A stretch of 64,000 nt of DNA from Octopus vulgaris. Lineage: Eukaryota. This document shows, in pieces, positions 13,366 through 26,206 of the stretch. Within the stretch, counting starts at the first letter, position 1; every line of letters begins with the position of its first letter. The stretch is taken from assembly GCA_951406725.2 (NCBI GenBank), contig OX597816.1, positions 164,610,001 through 164,674,000 on the forward strand. The letters run 5' to 3'. The notes under the pieces are model-generated. The model did not search any database. It was not told where the DNA came from and was given only the letters and a program-made list of their open reading frames with translations. Position numbers and translations under genes: made by a program.

Positions 13366-13778
13366 TTTACTCTTTTACTTGTTTCACTCATGTGACTGTG
13401 GCCATGCTGGAGCACCGCCTTTAGTCGTGCAAATCGACCCGAAGACTTATTCTTTGTAAGCCTAGCACTTATTCTATCGGACTTTCTTGCCGAGCAGCTA
13501 AGTTATAGAGACGTAAACACACCAGCATCGGTTGTCAAGCGATGCTGGGGAGGGGGGGGACAAACACAGACACATAAACATATACACAAACATACACACA
13601 TACATATATATATACATATATACGACGGGCTTCTTTCAGTTTCCGTCTACCAAATCCACTCACAAGGCTTTGGTCGGCCCGAGGCTATAGTAGAAGACAT
13701 TTGCCCAAGGTGCCACACAGTGGGACTGAACCCGGAAACGTGTAGTTGGTAAGCAAGCTACTTACCGCACAGCCACTC
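13365..13778 (-). mobile_element. SINE family A, near full length
   Basis: tRNA-like head (TGGCTGTGCGG A-box-like, GGTTCAGTCCC B-box-like), CCTTGGGCAA core-like motif, internal (TA)/(TG) microsatellite, GTAAAAGA-repeat tail. Confidence 0.88.
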
Positions 13779-14602
13779 ATATATACATACCTATCTATAT
13801 ATATATATATGTAAATTAAAAGCATGTTTGATATATTTTCTCACCTCTGCCACTATTTGGTATATACAGGTGCTTACACTTAAGTATTCTCTCTAAATTT
13901 ACAGTATATGTACATGTATGTATAACTTATATGATATATACATATTTATATACATGCGTATGCGTATATGTATGTGTATGTGCATGTATTATGGATGTGT
14001 GTGTGTGTGTGTGTGTGTGCGTGTTCGTGCCTGCCTCTGTGTATGTCTGAATGCATGTGTTCAGATCTTTTAGCTACGTGACAATTGTCTTCCAAACAAG
14101 TATGCTTCAGTTAAAGTATTGTACTGGTTACTTACAAGTATATATAGCTATTGTTGTTGTTGCTATTGTTGTTATTATTGTTGTTGCTGTTGGTTAGACC
14201 TATGTCATCTTCAAGCGATATATGTACACCGATAAATCAAAGTGCTCTCTAACCGCATATCAACACACAGAGTTGGCTGCTATTTCTAGCAGGCAGACCG
14301 ACCGACTACATAGAGGTTCCGTCTTGCGTGTCTGCATCCGCTTTCATTTTCACGCTCTGCTCCCTCCGCCATGAGAGGGGACAGCAGCGTTCGAGGCCAA
14401 TGTTTTGCTATGGTTATAATGTCGGTTCTAATGTTTGCAACGCTTCAAACACCAGAACCAGTTATGGGAAAACTGCGGCCCGCGAGACTTTCTGAAAGGT
14501 AAGCCTAACAAAAAATTACCTTGAATATGTTTTCAAAAGTGCGACCCGTCGCCTGATGATGAGTCATATCCCTCCTCCTCCTCCTCCTTCTCCTCCTCCT
14601 TC

Positions 14603-15018
14603 AAGGCATGGTTGTATGGTAAGAAGTTTGCTTCCCAACCACATGGTTCCGGTTTCAGTCCCACTGCATGGCACCTTGGGCAAATGTCTTCTGCTATAGC
14701 TTCGGGGCAATTGGATTTGGTTAACGGAAACTGAAAGAAGCCTGTCGTATATATATATATCACCATGTTGATTCGCTAGCTTCTGCACGCATTTTTTCTC
14801 TCTCCTTGTTTCTTTCCGTGTTTCTTTTCTGTGTATCTTTCTGTTGAAGAGCGTAGGCTCGAAACGTAAAAGACTTGTTTTATTTATATTCCTGAGCACC
14901 ATACTAATACAATTGTTTGTTTGTATTCCACCTGCCTTCGTCTTTTGTTTATTTTCATAACCCACCCCCTATATATATATATATACACACACATATATAT
15001 ACAGAGAAGATAGAGAGA

Positions 15019-15061
<43 letters not shown>

Positions 15062-15250
15062 CCTTGTGTCTGTCTTTGTCCACCACCATCACCACGACCA
15101 ACGCCGCTTGACAAGGTTCGGCGAAAAACACGAAGAGAATAAGCATCAGACTTTTAAGTTCTGGAGCCGATTTATTCGATTACAATTTTCAAGTCAGTGC
15201 TCCAGCATGGCCGCAGCCTGAAGACTGAAACAAGTAAAAGAATAAAAGAA
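14603..15250 (+). mobile_element. SINE family A with a Penelope-like element inserted in its internal (TA)n
   Basis: Head at 14603-14750, 3' half at 15060-15250, with the insertion at 14762-14970 between them. Confidence 0.75.
14762..14970 (+). mobile_element. Short Penelope-like element (family P1) with a minimal hammerhead motif at 14836-14873
   Basis: TCTTT CTGTTGA A GAGC gtag GCTC GAAAC GTA AAAGA; flanked by (TA)n; near-identical copy at 59718-59925. Confidence 0.7.
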
Positions 15251-15354
15251 TGACATTCAAAGTTAGCCTCGTCGAGATTTGAACTCATAACTCCACCATC
15301 CGGCGCATATCCTGCCAACCATTTTATCCAACGCTCCTTCAACACTAATAATCC

Positions 15355-15915
15355 TTTCTATTAAAGGCACAAAGTCTGAAATTTTGTGGGAGGGGGCTAA
15401 TCGATAAGATCGACCCCAGTGTTCAACTGGTACTTATTTCATCGACCCCGAAAGGATGAAAGGCAAAGTCGACCTTGGCGGAATTTGAACTCAGAACATA
15501 AAGACAGACGAAATACCTATTCCTTTACTGCCCACAAGGGGCTTGAGCGAAAACACCTAAGGCTCCATGAGGCTCCGGCAGGGGATGGTGGTGATCCCTG
15601 CTGTATTCTTTCACCACAACTTTCTCTCACTCTTACTTCCTGTTTCTGTTGTACCTGTATTTCAAAGGGCCGGCCTTGTCACTCTCTGTGTCACGCTGAA
15701 TATCCCCGAGAACTACGTTAAGGGTACACGTGTCTGTGGAATGCTCAGCCACTTACACGTTAATTTCACGAGCAGGCTGTTCCGTTGATCGGATCAACCG
15801 GAACCCTCGTCGTCGTAACCGACGGAGTGCTTCCACCACAAGGGGCTATACACAGAGGGGACAAACAAGGACAGACAAACGGATTAAGTCGATTATATTG
15901 ACCCCAGTGCGTAAC
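15355..15915. mobile_element. Nested SINE B (minus) interrupted by a 5'-truncated SINE C (plus, ~15545-15835)
   Basis: The B tail motif ccacaaggggct occurs on both sides of the C fragment (~15532 and ~15836). Confidence 0.75.
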
Positions 15916-16624
15916 TTTCTTTCCCTCATCCTCTCTCTTGTCCCACCTTCCTCTCTGCCTGTTGCTCACACGAACTACAGGTAATTTCTCTCGCCTCTGT
16001 CCTTTCTGGATGAGTCGTCCATCTAGCTGGACGTCATTTCTCTCGCCTTTCGATATTTTTTCTCTTCTACTATTTTCTTCTGTTTATTCTATTTCCTTTA
16101 AAACTTTCTCCCATGCGTTACCCATTACAATTCGTCTTGGCCTAACGGCCCTTAATATTTGTCTTCGTCTCTTGTTTACTCTGTACGTCCACTTTGTTGT
16201 TGTTTGTTTGAAGTCATAACTCTCGACAAATTCTGTATTTTAAAACTTTCTGGATGTTGCTGTCTTATGAAGTTTTCTATCTTGTCGTTTAAAGCACGAA
16301 ATAGGGAGTACTAAAACAGTCGACAACTGACGAGGAGTTATCTTTTGGTATTTTGTCTTTTACTTTTTTTTCGTGTGCTTACGTATTTTTCACTCGTTGC
16401 TGATGTCTATGTGTGTGTTTGTGTATGTATGTGTGTGTATATGTGTGTGTATGTATGTATGTATGTATGTATGTATGTATGTATGTATGTATGTATGTAT
16501 GTATGTATGTATGCATGTATATATGTATGTACGTATATATATATATATATATATATATCTATATATATATACATATATATATATTTATATATATATGTAT
16601 GGGTGTATGTATAAAAAATATATA

Positions 16625-16975
16625 TAAAAATACAAAATGGGACAAGAACGCAAAACATTCAAATAGACGACACAAAAACGGACGGATCATTCGAAGCCTC
16701 TAATCTTCAGTCAAGAACCGGATCATCCTCGCAATTTCGGCTGATTAATCTTGAGATCGCTCCTATTCGGTCAGCTCCAAGGAAAAACTAAGCTACGAGC
16801 ATTAGATTTCTTGGAAAAAAGGATCGAATGTATATGAAACAAGGACAGAAAAACGGACGATGCCACACGAATATAAATACAAAAAACAATAATAATAATA
16901 ACAATAGGACAACAACAACAACAACAACAACAAGTGTCTTACGACTTTAGACAGTTCAACTTAGCTTAGCTGGCG
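16625..16975. mobile_element. Unclassified dispersed repeat (second copy at ~57185-57470)
   Basis: Shared blocks ggacgg.tcattcg.agc, ctaagcta.gagca.tagatt and cgaatgtata.gaaa; both copies begin next to microsatellites. Confidence 0.6.
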
Positions 16976-17786
16976 TATTTGGAAAATAATACCTTACGGC
17001 AGACGAAGAAATCGATGTTGTCGTGGCAGTGCTCAGAAGCCGAAAGGCTAATTGACCGGCGGTCGGGTTGTACCTGAAATGGGTTGTACCTGAAATTCAC
17101 TAGACCAGCCTTGTCATGTTCTTTGTCACGCTGAATCTTCCTAAGACCTACGTTAAGAATACGCGTGTCTGTGGAGCACTGTTCGATTGATCTGTCAACT
17201 GCAACATTCATCGTCGTAGTCGACGGAGTGCCAGGCAGGAGTACCAATGCAATAAGACGACAGTCAGCAAAGCAAAACATATAAGACGACAAGTTAACAC
17301 TCTCGATGAACATGATTAAGTTATTAGGTCAGCAATAAAGCTAAACCTGAAATGACTCTTTACATTCTGAGTTCAAATCACGCCGAGGTCAACTGTATAT
17401 TTTTTTCTTTCGGGGTTGATAAAATAAAGTACCAATTAAGAACTGGAGTCAATATAATAGACTTAGCCCCTCCCCTCAACATTGCTGGCCTTCCGCCAAA
17501 ATGTGAAATCAGTATTTGAAAAATTCAATTGAAAAACAGCCTCACATCGTCTGCCATGTTCATGTTTTTTTTCTTTTTTGAAAAAACAGCTGCATCTATT
17601 TTTACGTAATTTTCAATATATTCCTTCTGTGCTGGGAACGTCTCCATTCTAAAATAGAAAACATATAGATTGGTTTCTTCTACTTTCTCTTACCAGAATT
17701 TGTCCATCCAAAAAATTGATTACAAATTTCTTCTAGGTATATGTATGTACACACACATATACATATATATATATACATATGTGTGC

Positions 17787-17822
<36 letters not shown>

Positions 17823-17925
17823 GAAATTATACATAATGTATGAATAGATGAGTAATGCACTGGCACAGTTTCGATTACCTGTTGTTATCCGTAGATTTAT
17901 GTATGTATATATGCATATATGTATG

Positions 17926-17956
<31 letters not shown>

Positions 17957-18174
17957 ATGTGTGTGTGTGTGTAGATATGCATATGTTCTTAGGCATACGT
18001 TGTGTATTTAACAAAGTTATCGTTTCTTCTTGTCTAACGTCTACATCTGTTGTCTGTTGAGGATAGTTCGAGATATAATGAAAAGTCTAATAGTGAAATA
18101 GTCTGCTGGCTTTTAAGGGCGGTTAACAGTACATGCTTAGATAGATGGAAAGACACTGTATATATATATATATA

Positions 18175-18353
18175 AAGTTAATCCAAACAAGAAAACACAA
18201 AAAACCAAAAAAAAAAAAACCACAACAACGCGAGGACGTGGAACAAATAAAGTATTATTGGACGCTTAGGAAAGAAGGGAAGAAGGAGAGTTTAACGTTT
18301 CGAGCTAGCTCTTCGTCGGAAACATAGGAGAAGGAAAGATCCCGAGAAGGGAA

Positions 18354-18356
<3 letters not shown>
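18175..18356 (-). mobile_element. Penelope-like short element (family P2) with a hammerhead motif at 18290-18323
   Basis: Minus strand: GTTT CCGACGA A GAGC ta GCTC GAAAC GTT AAAC; flanked by (TA)n; homologous to 39650-39860. Confidence 0.65.
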
Positions 18357-18417
<61 letters not shown>

Positions 18418-18419
<2 letters not shown>

Positions 18420-18597
18420 GGGAGAGTTCACGAAAAAAACAAAAGACGAAGACAAGTGGTGTACAAAACAAACAGATGTATTAAGATAATGCTCAGGAAT
18501 AGAAAAAGTCTTTTACGTTTCGAGCCTACGCTCTTCTACAGAAAGGGACACAGAAAAAAAAAGCAAGGAGAGAAAAAAAATGTGTGTAGTGGCTACG
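18418..18597 (-). mobile_element. Family P1 copy with a hammerhead motif at 18509-18546
   Basis: Minus strand: CCTTT CTGTAGA A GAGC gtag GCTC GAAAC GTA AAAGA; abuts (TA)n. Confidence 0.65.
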
Positions 18598-18599
18598 AA

Positions 18600-18930
18600 A
18601 ATGGAAGACAAAAATAACAAATAGAAGTGTGTCTGTGGTGCTAACAATTCATTATTTAATTAGTTAAGTAAGGTGAGGGTAAGAGTGAGTTTACAACTGT
18701 TTCTGTGCGTCATAGTTGAAGTAAATATGCATTTACCTCGTTGCAAATGGTAGACGTCATCAGAATGAAGAAGGCAGAGATAGACAAAGAGGAGAATGGA
18801 GCAAAGGTAAGAGGGAGAAATCGGAGAAGAAAAATGTTCAATGATTCGAAAGTCTTACATTTTAGTTGTGTTCAAAGTTCATTAAGTCCATTGTAAGGTA
18901 GTCGAAGAATAGAGGATGGTTGAACCCAAA
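18600..18930 (-). mobile_element. Probable 3' end of a Penelope-like retroelement
   Basis: Minus-strand translation LWVQ...PYNGLNEL* (stop at 18872-18874) resembles the GIY-YIG C-terminal W..L...P.GLN motif. It is followed by CTGATGA CGTC...GACG caca GAAAC AGTT GTA at 18692-18763; stem I is weak. Confidence 0.5.
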
Positions 18931-18990
18931 GTCTCCTAGTTAGTTATTAGCATAACTTCCACGTGATGCTAATAACTAACTACGAGACAT

Positions 18991-19258
18991 TTAAATTGAC
19001 AGGGTTTTTCTAAGGATGTGGGCAATACTTGTCAGCACAGTCTTTTCGATTTCTCTGAGACATGGTTCTCCTGGGATGTTATCTAGATGTTTCTGACATC
19101 CCATTCTTATACATTGGGTACCTACAATAACAGGAACAGTTCTCGTTTTAAGATATCACATCTTTTGTATTTCAATTTCCAGGTCCTTATATTAATTTGT
19201 CAAATTCTTTTACAGATATATTTTTTCAGTGGGAACACTTACATCTATTACTCTAGAA
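18991..19258 (-). mobile_element. 5'-truncated R4/Dong-clade non-LTR retrotransposon fragment (RLE endonuclease C-terminus)
   Basis: Frameshifted translation IDVSVP...KEFDKL..YKDLEIEIQKM..LKTRTVPVIVG...KHLDNIPG...EIEKTVLTSIAHILRKTLSI*; the 5' junction lies in an (AAT)n array. Confidence 0.8.
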
Positions 19259-19260
19259 GT

Positions 19261-19400
<140 letters not shown>

Positions 19401-19595
19401 TATGTTTGACTTTGTATTTGTACAAGTTGGTTCCAAGTCTCACCCAGAGACCTCAAGAGACAACAAGTTAAAAGTTCATGTTGGTGTTATGCCTAGAGTG
19501 TCATTTATTTGGTTTTGTACATAGTATTATTATAGAGAATGTTTAAGAAAACATAAGAAAAATTTATGTACTGGGTTCAATGGCATAAACTAAGC
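19401..19595 (-). mobile_element. Probable 3'UTR of a second Dong/R4-type element ending in (AAT)n
   Basis: Minus strand ...cttgaggtctctgggtgagacttggaacc...aaagtcaaacatATAATAA runs directly into (AAT)n. It resembles recalled Dong 3' ends; not verified by a search. Confidence 0.5.
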
Positions 19596-19611
19596 CCCTC
19601 CATTATTATTA

Positions 19612-19840
19612 GAAGGTGGTGAACAGACAGAATTGTCAGCGCATCGGACAAAATGCTTAGCAGCATTTCGCCCGGCTGTACGTTCTGAGTCCTAATTACA
19701 CCGAGGTTCTGAGCCCAGATTTTGCTTTTCAAAATTTCGGGATCGATAAAGTAAGTACCTGTTAAGTACAAGGGTTCGATGTAATCGACTAGTTTCCTCC
19801 CTCAAATATTTAAGGCCTTGTGCCTAGAGTAGAAAAGAAC
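19612..19840 (+). mobile_element. SINE family B copy
   Basis: Diverged match to the family-B consensus. Confidence 0.7.
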
Positions 19841-19845
19841 TATTA

Positions 19846-20062
19846 TTGGGTTGGTGCATAATCATTGCGGGGTTTTTTTTTTTTTCAACAAATATTTAAC
19901 AAAAACATCTTTAAATGACGGTCTGACCGTCTCCCAAACAAATGGGAAGCAGTAGTTGAAGTAGATGGTGAATATGCTCCGGAATAATCATCACATGTTG
20001 TTATTGTTTTTGTGGAATAAAATTTGTTGAAGAAAAGCCGCAATAATTATGCACCAACCCAG
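19846..20062 (+). mobile_element. Mariner deletion derivative (217 bp MITE) with TA TSD
   Basis: TA|TTGGGTTGGTGCATAATCATTGCGG ... CCGCAATAATTATGCACCAACCCAG|TA. The internal remnant translates DRLPNKWEAVVEVDGEYAPE*, a mariner transposase C-terminus. Confidence 0.88.
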
Positions 20063-20811
20063 TATTATATGGCGACTCACAAGGTTTCTGAGTCTCTTAT
20101 GCAATTATATAACGTCTCTGCTCGCCTAAATGTTACCAGGAATATAATCGAACAGACAAAACTATTGATATGCAATGCAACCAAGTTAAATTTATAGCTG
20201 GGGGCAATTTTCCTCTCACAACGTTTGCCAGATACAGAGAAGACTTTGAAGATGAACTTAAAGCAGTAATTTTAATCATCCTTCTTGATCGTTAACTTCC
20301 GGCCAGGGTCTTTCTCTCTTTCAACTGGCTTTGTGTATTAAAGGAACTGTTCCTATTGATTTACGAAGGCTGCTGATTAGTTAGTGAACTGGCTTTCATT
20401 GCGGTCGCATGAAACTCAAGTCAAAGAAGCGAATGTATTGGGTATGACTAATAGCTGTGTATACCGAATGGAATTTGTTTAGGAAAAGAAAGAGACCAAT
20501 CAAATTGCGCGTTAAGCCTTGTCCATTCGTTTACGTGTGGCTGTGTGGTAGGAAGTTTGCTTCCCAACTACATGACTCCGGGTTCAGTCCCTCTACGAGA
20601 CACCTTGGGTAAATGGTTTCTACTACAGCCTAGGGCCAACCAAAGCCTTGTGAGTGCATTTGTTAGACGGAAATTGAAACTCGTTGTAATATACATATAC
20701 ATATATATACATACATACATACATACATACATACATACATACATACATACATACATACATACATACTTACATACACACACACGCGCACACGCACACATAT
20801 ATATATTTATA

Positions 20812-21008
20812 CCAGAGTAATCACATAAATGCGAAACAAGATGAAAAAAATAGTACTCGAATACCAGAGGTAGAGTAATATGCTTTATTAAAAAGCAGCA
20901 AAAATGTCACAAAAACTGTTGCTCAGAGTTTCTCGTTCCCGTTCGTCGGACGGGAACATGAAACTATTAGTAACAGCTTTCGTGATATTTTTGCTGCTTT
21001 TTAATAAA

Positions 21009-21010
<2 letters not shown>
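20812..21010. mobile_element. Penelope-like element (family P3) with an inverted, hairpin-forming end
   Basis: Homologous to 60803-61110; arms 20883-~20945 / ~20951-21009; degenerate hammerhead core on the minus strand (CCGACGA...GAAAC TCTGA GCA ACAG); flanked by (TA)n. Confidence 0.65.
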
Positions 21011-21074
<64 letters not shown>

Positions 21075-21479
21075 GATCTTGCAGGCATGAAGTGGATTCG
21101 ATCCACCATTGCCAAATTTCAAGTAACAGTTCCAGATGCCTTAGCTCGGCCGAAATAATGTCTTCACTACTTGACCTTTCTAACCTTTTATAGACCACCA
21201 AACGCTAAAATTAAGATAACAAGTACCACCAACTAAATCCATTGTTCTCATCGATATGGCTATCCTTCTGGATAGTTATAAAAACAAGAACCCTTAAACA
21301 AAAATCAGTTAGTCACTTGGTGGTAATTCAGTCAGTTGCTGACAACTCAGTTAGTGAGAAGGGAGTCCGATGGAATAAGAACCATGTTTAAAGAAAAATA
21401 AGAACTGGGTTCGATTCGTTCGACTAAAAAAGTGGAACCCCAGCATGGCCGCAGTCTAAAGATTGAAACAACTAATTTC

Positions 21480-21905
21480 AGTGTGTGTTTGTGTGTGTGT
21501 GTGTGTATTTGTATGTGTGTGTATTTGTGTTTGTGTGCATTTGTGTTTGTGTGTGTGTTTGCATTTGTATGTGTATTTGCATGTGTGTTTGTGTTTGTGT
21601 GTGTGTTTGTATTTGTATGTATTTGTGTTTGCATGTGTGTATTTGTGTTTGTGTGTGTTAGAGTGTTTGTGTGCGTGTGTTCGTGCTCGTGTGTGTGTAT
21701 GTGTGTCTGTGTGAGTTCGTGCTTGTGTGTGTGTGTTTGTGTGTGTTTGTGCTTGTGTGTGTATTTGTGTGTGCGTGTGTTTGGATTTGTGTGTATTGTG
21801 TTTGCATGTGTGTGTTTGTGTATGTGTGTTTGTGTTTTGTGTGTGTCTGTGTGCGTTTTTGTGTATGTGTGTTTGTCTTTATGTGTAAACATGTACGTGC
21901 GTGTG
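21480..21905. repeat. Degenerate (TG)n/(TTTGTG)n repeat
   Basis: Directly visible. Confidence 0.92.
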
Positions 21906-22009
21906 CACGAGCGCGATCTATATATTTCTGTTCTTTTCAATTTTTTGATTATTTGAAATTTTCCTGTAAGGAAGGAACGATACAAAGCACCATTGTTTGA
22001 ACGTAATCA

Positions 22010-22627
22010 ACAAAAACAATGTATTTTGAACTTGAGAAAGTCTTGCATAATTTTATTGTTCCGCTTAAACGCATTTGTAATGTACGAATTAGCTACTTGA
22101 TTTCTTTGTATTAAAACCCCCGGCTTTCTACATTGTCATCTGACAGTTACTAACAAAATGAAGCACACGGCTAATTGTTTGGTATAATTGCGAATTCATA
22201 ATCTGAGTATGAGAGCAATTGGCCGTAGTTATCTTCTTTCTCTTTGATTTTTCTTGTATGTCTCAAATAACAATATCCGGCCTGTTATGCTTACACTTGA
22301 CAGATGTTCTGATGGGAATGCTACACCAGTATTCATCGTGTTGATGATTGCGTACGTATTCATTAACAGGGGGATTCTCTATATTTATTTCAGGACAATC
22401 ATTTTTTCCGGATGGCATTGTCTATTATTTCAGCGACAACTTTGTGTCGCACAGGTAGGTAGTATCTTGCTGACGTTTTTGGCAGGTGCTAATTACATGT
22501 GTGATGACTTCCACAAAAATATGGTATGATCTACATTTTCGGTTGCATCTTGGAACTCCTAAAGGTTTCACAGTCTCTTTTGTGTATGAGGTAGTTAACA
22601 GCAATCTCCCGTTGTTGGATTGCAGCC
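22010..22627 (-). mobile_element. R4-clade non-LTR retrotransposon fragment (zinc knuckle plus RLE)
   Basis: Frameshifted translation AIQQREIAVNYL...KCRSYH..VE.ITHVISTC...YYLPVRHKVV...EYW..IPIRTSVKCKHNRPDIVI...EKEDNYGQLL...SGTIKLCKTF; lies between two CA/TG arrays. Confidence 0.8.
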
Positions 22628-22668
22628 TTCGTAGTGTGTCGTAGCGGTCAAGAGAAGCTGTACACACG

Positions 22669-22740
<72 letters not shown>

Positions 22741-22817
22741 CACACACACTTACACACTCATACAAACGCACTCGCCTCACACTTGTATTGCTCTTAATAC
22801 CTGCGGCTGTGTGTAAA

Positions 22818-23241
22818 AACCTGTAAAACTCCAGAAGTTTATCATTTAAAAATATATGAGTATATTTAGATATGCAAATATATGCATGAGAATACATACA
22901 TAAAGCAAACCATACAGATCTGCACATATACATACATACATACATACAGACATACATATATGCATGCATACATACTCACACATACATACATAAATACAGA
23001 CATGCATACATACATATACATACATACATACATACATACATACATACATACATACATACATACACACATACATACATGCATGCATATATACATACACACA
23101 TATACACACACATAGATACATACATACATACACAAATACCTTCTGGTTGATGTTGACATTCCAATGAAGGAGTCTTGGATTTAGGTTGGAAACCGATTCT
23201 TTCTCTATTGGCAAGAAATCTTGAAATAAAACTGCACAATG
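22818..23241 (+). mobile_element. 3' end of the R4-like family with internal and terminal (CATA)n
   Basis: Homologous to 28290-28531 and 32490-32743 (tgtaaaact.ccagaagttt...ccaatgaaggag.cttggat...gaaataaactg). Confidence 0.75.
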
Positions 23242-23464
23242 ACATACATGCATACATACATACACACATACATACATACATACATACATACATACACGAT
23301 GATCTTTCAGGTTCCATCTACCAAATCCCCCCACAAGGCTTTGGTCGTCCCGAAGCTACAGTAAAAGCCACTTACACAAGGTGCCATGCAGTGGGACTGA
23401 ACCCAGAACATTGTGGTTGGGAAACGAGCTTGTTATCTCACAGCCATGTAGGTATCAACATACA

Positions 23465-23958
23465 TCACGAGAATACCCTCCATCAGGCATTTGCCATATT
23501 CTGAACGCCTTACTTCCCTGGGCATGGATACATTGAAACTCCGACGTCTGGCAGCTGACCTGGCAGACACCCATAAAATTATTAACCATCTTACAAACAA
23601 TAACTCTGAGCACCTTTTCAAACACCACCTGTGGACATGTTTACAAAGTCAGAAAACAGCACAGCTCCCATGATTTTCGGAAACATTTTTTCGCGCTAAG
23701 AGTTGCTGAAGTATGGAACAAACTGCCGGCATCAGTTGTTAGTTGTCGGAGCACTGCATCCTTCAAAACTTCCATGCTTCCTGAGATTCGCCAACATTAC
23801 ACCTGATTTTCTCCACGCCATACACACGCAATCATGTATCTGAATCATACACTGTTCACTTCCCAGACATTTGTACATTACTGCATATGTTTTATACGCA
23901 CTTTTGACAAGTTGTGGTGCACCTGAGCACTGTATACAATCATTTCATTATTATTATA
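23465..23958 (+). mobile_element. CR1-clade LINE 3' fragment
   Basis: PYSERLTSLGMDTLKLRRLAADL..THKI, then after a frameshift GH.YKV.KQ....FRKHFFALRVAEVWNKLPASVV...STASFK; ends in a short (ATT)n tail. Confidence 0.85.
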
Positions 23959-24284
23959 TATATTCATATACTGTATCGTATCGAGCGAGCTGAGTGTGCG
24001 ATACATGTTCAGTTCTCTGTAAATCAGTTCTCTTAATTTTCTCTTTCTCAGCAACATCCGTGTCTAACCATTCAAATAGGAAGACGAAAGGCATTTAACA
24101 CCTACCCGATGGTTCAACCTTATCGCATACTCACGCACTCGATAAACACAAATCCGGTTGTGATAAGAATTAGAGGATGGTCTAGATTCATTATGCTTTA
24201 TAAGTTTTACTGAATGGGCTGTGGGACGAAATCGGTTCAACACAGGTTCTAAAGAGGTAGTGGAGGACAAACACAAACACAGAG

Positions 24285-24361
<77 letters not shown>

Positions 24362-24514
24362 CACCACACACAAATACACATACACACACATATACATACA
24401 TATGTATACAAACACACACAAGCACATATACGATCGGCTTCTTTCAGTTTCCTGCTACTAAATCTACTCACAAGGCTTTGGTCGACCTGGGACTCTTGTA
24501 GAAGATACTTGGCC

Positions 24515-24915
24515 ATACATACATAATACATACATACATACATACATGCATGCATACACGCATACATACATGCATACATACACACATACATACATAAATA
24601 CATACATACATGCATACATACATATATACATGCATACAGACATGCATACATGTATACATGCATTCATACATACAAGCATACATGCATACATACGTGCATA
24701 CATATATACATGTATACATACACATATACATACATGCATACATGCATACATAAATACATGCATATATGCATACATATATACATGCCTACAGACATGCATA
24801 CATGTATACATGCATTCATACATACAAGCATACATGCATTCATGCATGCATACATACAGACACATGTACATACATACATACAGGCAGACATACATACATA
24901 CATGTATACATACAT
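24515..24915. repeat. Degenerate (CATA/CATG)n array
   Basis: Directly visible. Confidence 0.92.
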
Positions 24916-24974
24916 GTTCCATCTACCAAAGCAGCACCAAAATTACACACAGCACCAAAATTAAATTACGTATA

Positions 24975-25320
24975 TTCTTTTACTCATTTATTTGTTTCAG
25001 TCATTTGACTGCGGCCATGCTGGAGCACCGCCTTTAGTCAAACAAATCGGCCCCCCAGGACTTATTCTTTGTAAGCCTTGTACTTATTCTGTCAGTAGCT
25101 TTTGCCGAACCGCTAAGTTACAGGGACGTAAACACACTAGCATCGGTTGTCAAGCGATGTTATATACGACGGGCTTCTTTCAGTTTAGTGTATTAAATCC
25201 ACTCACAAGGCTTTGGTTGACCCGAGGCTATAGTTGCTGAAGGTGCCACGCAGTGGGACTGAACCCAGAACTATGGGGTTTGTAAGCAAGCTAACTTGTC
25301 ACACAACCACTCCTGCGCCT
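24975..25320 (-). mobile_element. SINE family A copy
   Basis: Consensus tail and head both present. Confidence 0.82.
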
Positions 25321-25429
25321 ACAAAGAAAAGAAACACACACACACACACACAAATCACAGCACATACCCAAGGCACACAGAGTTGTGCTCGGTAGTGAAG
25401 TGAAAGCACGCTATAAAAATAAAACTACT

Positions 25430-25437
25430 GAATGATG

Positions 25438-25507
<70 letters not shown>

Positions 25508-25521
25508 TGATGATGATGATG

Positions 25522-25604
<83 letters not shown>

Positions 25605-25727
25605 AAGAAGAAGATGAAAACGAAGAAGAAGAAGAACAAGAAGAAGAAGAAGAAGAAGAAGAAGAAGAAGAAGAAGAAGAAGAAGAAGAAGAAGAAGAAG
25701 AAGAAGAACAAGAAGAAGAAGAAGAAG

Positions 25728-25759
<32 letters not shown>

Positions 25760-25760
25760 C
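25430..25760. repeat. Compound trinucleotide array (AAT)n(GAT)n(AAT)n(AAG)n(AAC)n
   Basis: Directly visible. Confidence 0.97.
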
Positions 25761-25986
25761 GACTACCGCAATATGTATATAAATATACACAGGCATAGAT
25801 ACAAACACACATATCTTGAAACAGTTGTTAAGCGGCTGATAACTTCTCTGAGTGTCCTTGTCTCTCTAAAAGGAAGTAATTACTTATAATCAAAGCTTCT
25901 GATAACACATTCAAGGAAAATAAGCATCTCTCCCTCCAATCTGATGGCCATCGTCGTCCTTGTCGTCGTCGCCGTCGTCGATCCTC

Positions 25987-26024
<38 letters not shown>

Positions 26025-26170
26025 AAAGACGAACAGGAACGACAACCCAACCAGTCCTGACATTTGGAGTAGGAACACAAACTTCCCTTTGTCCATTGAC
26101 CGAATGAAAGTGATGTTGTCAGTCTATTGTGTTGTTTCGTGCCTTCAGCTTCACACACACACACATACAC

Positions 26171-26206
<36 letters not shown>

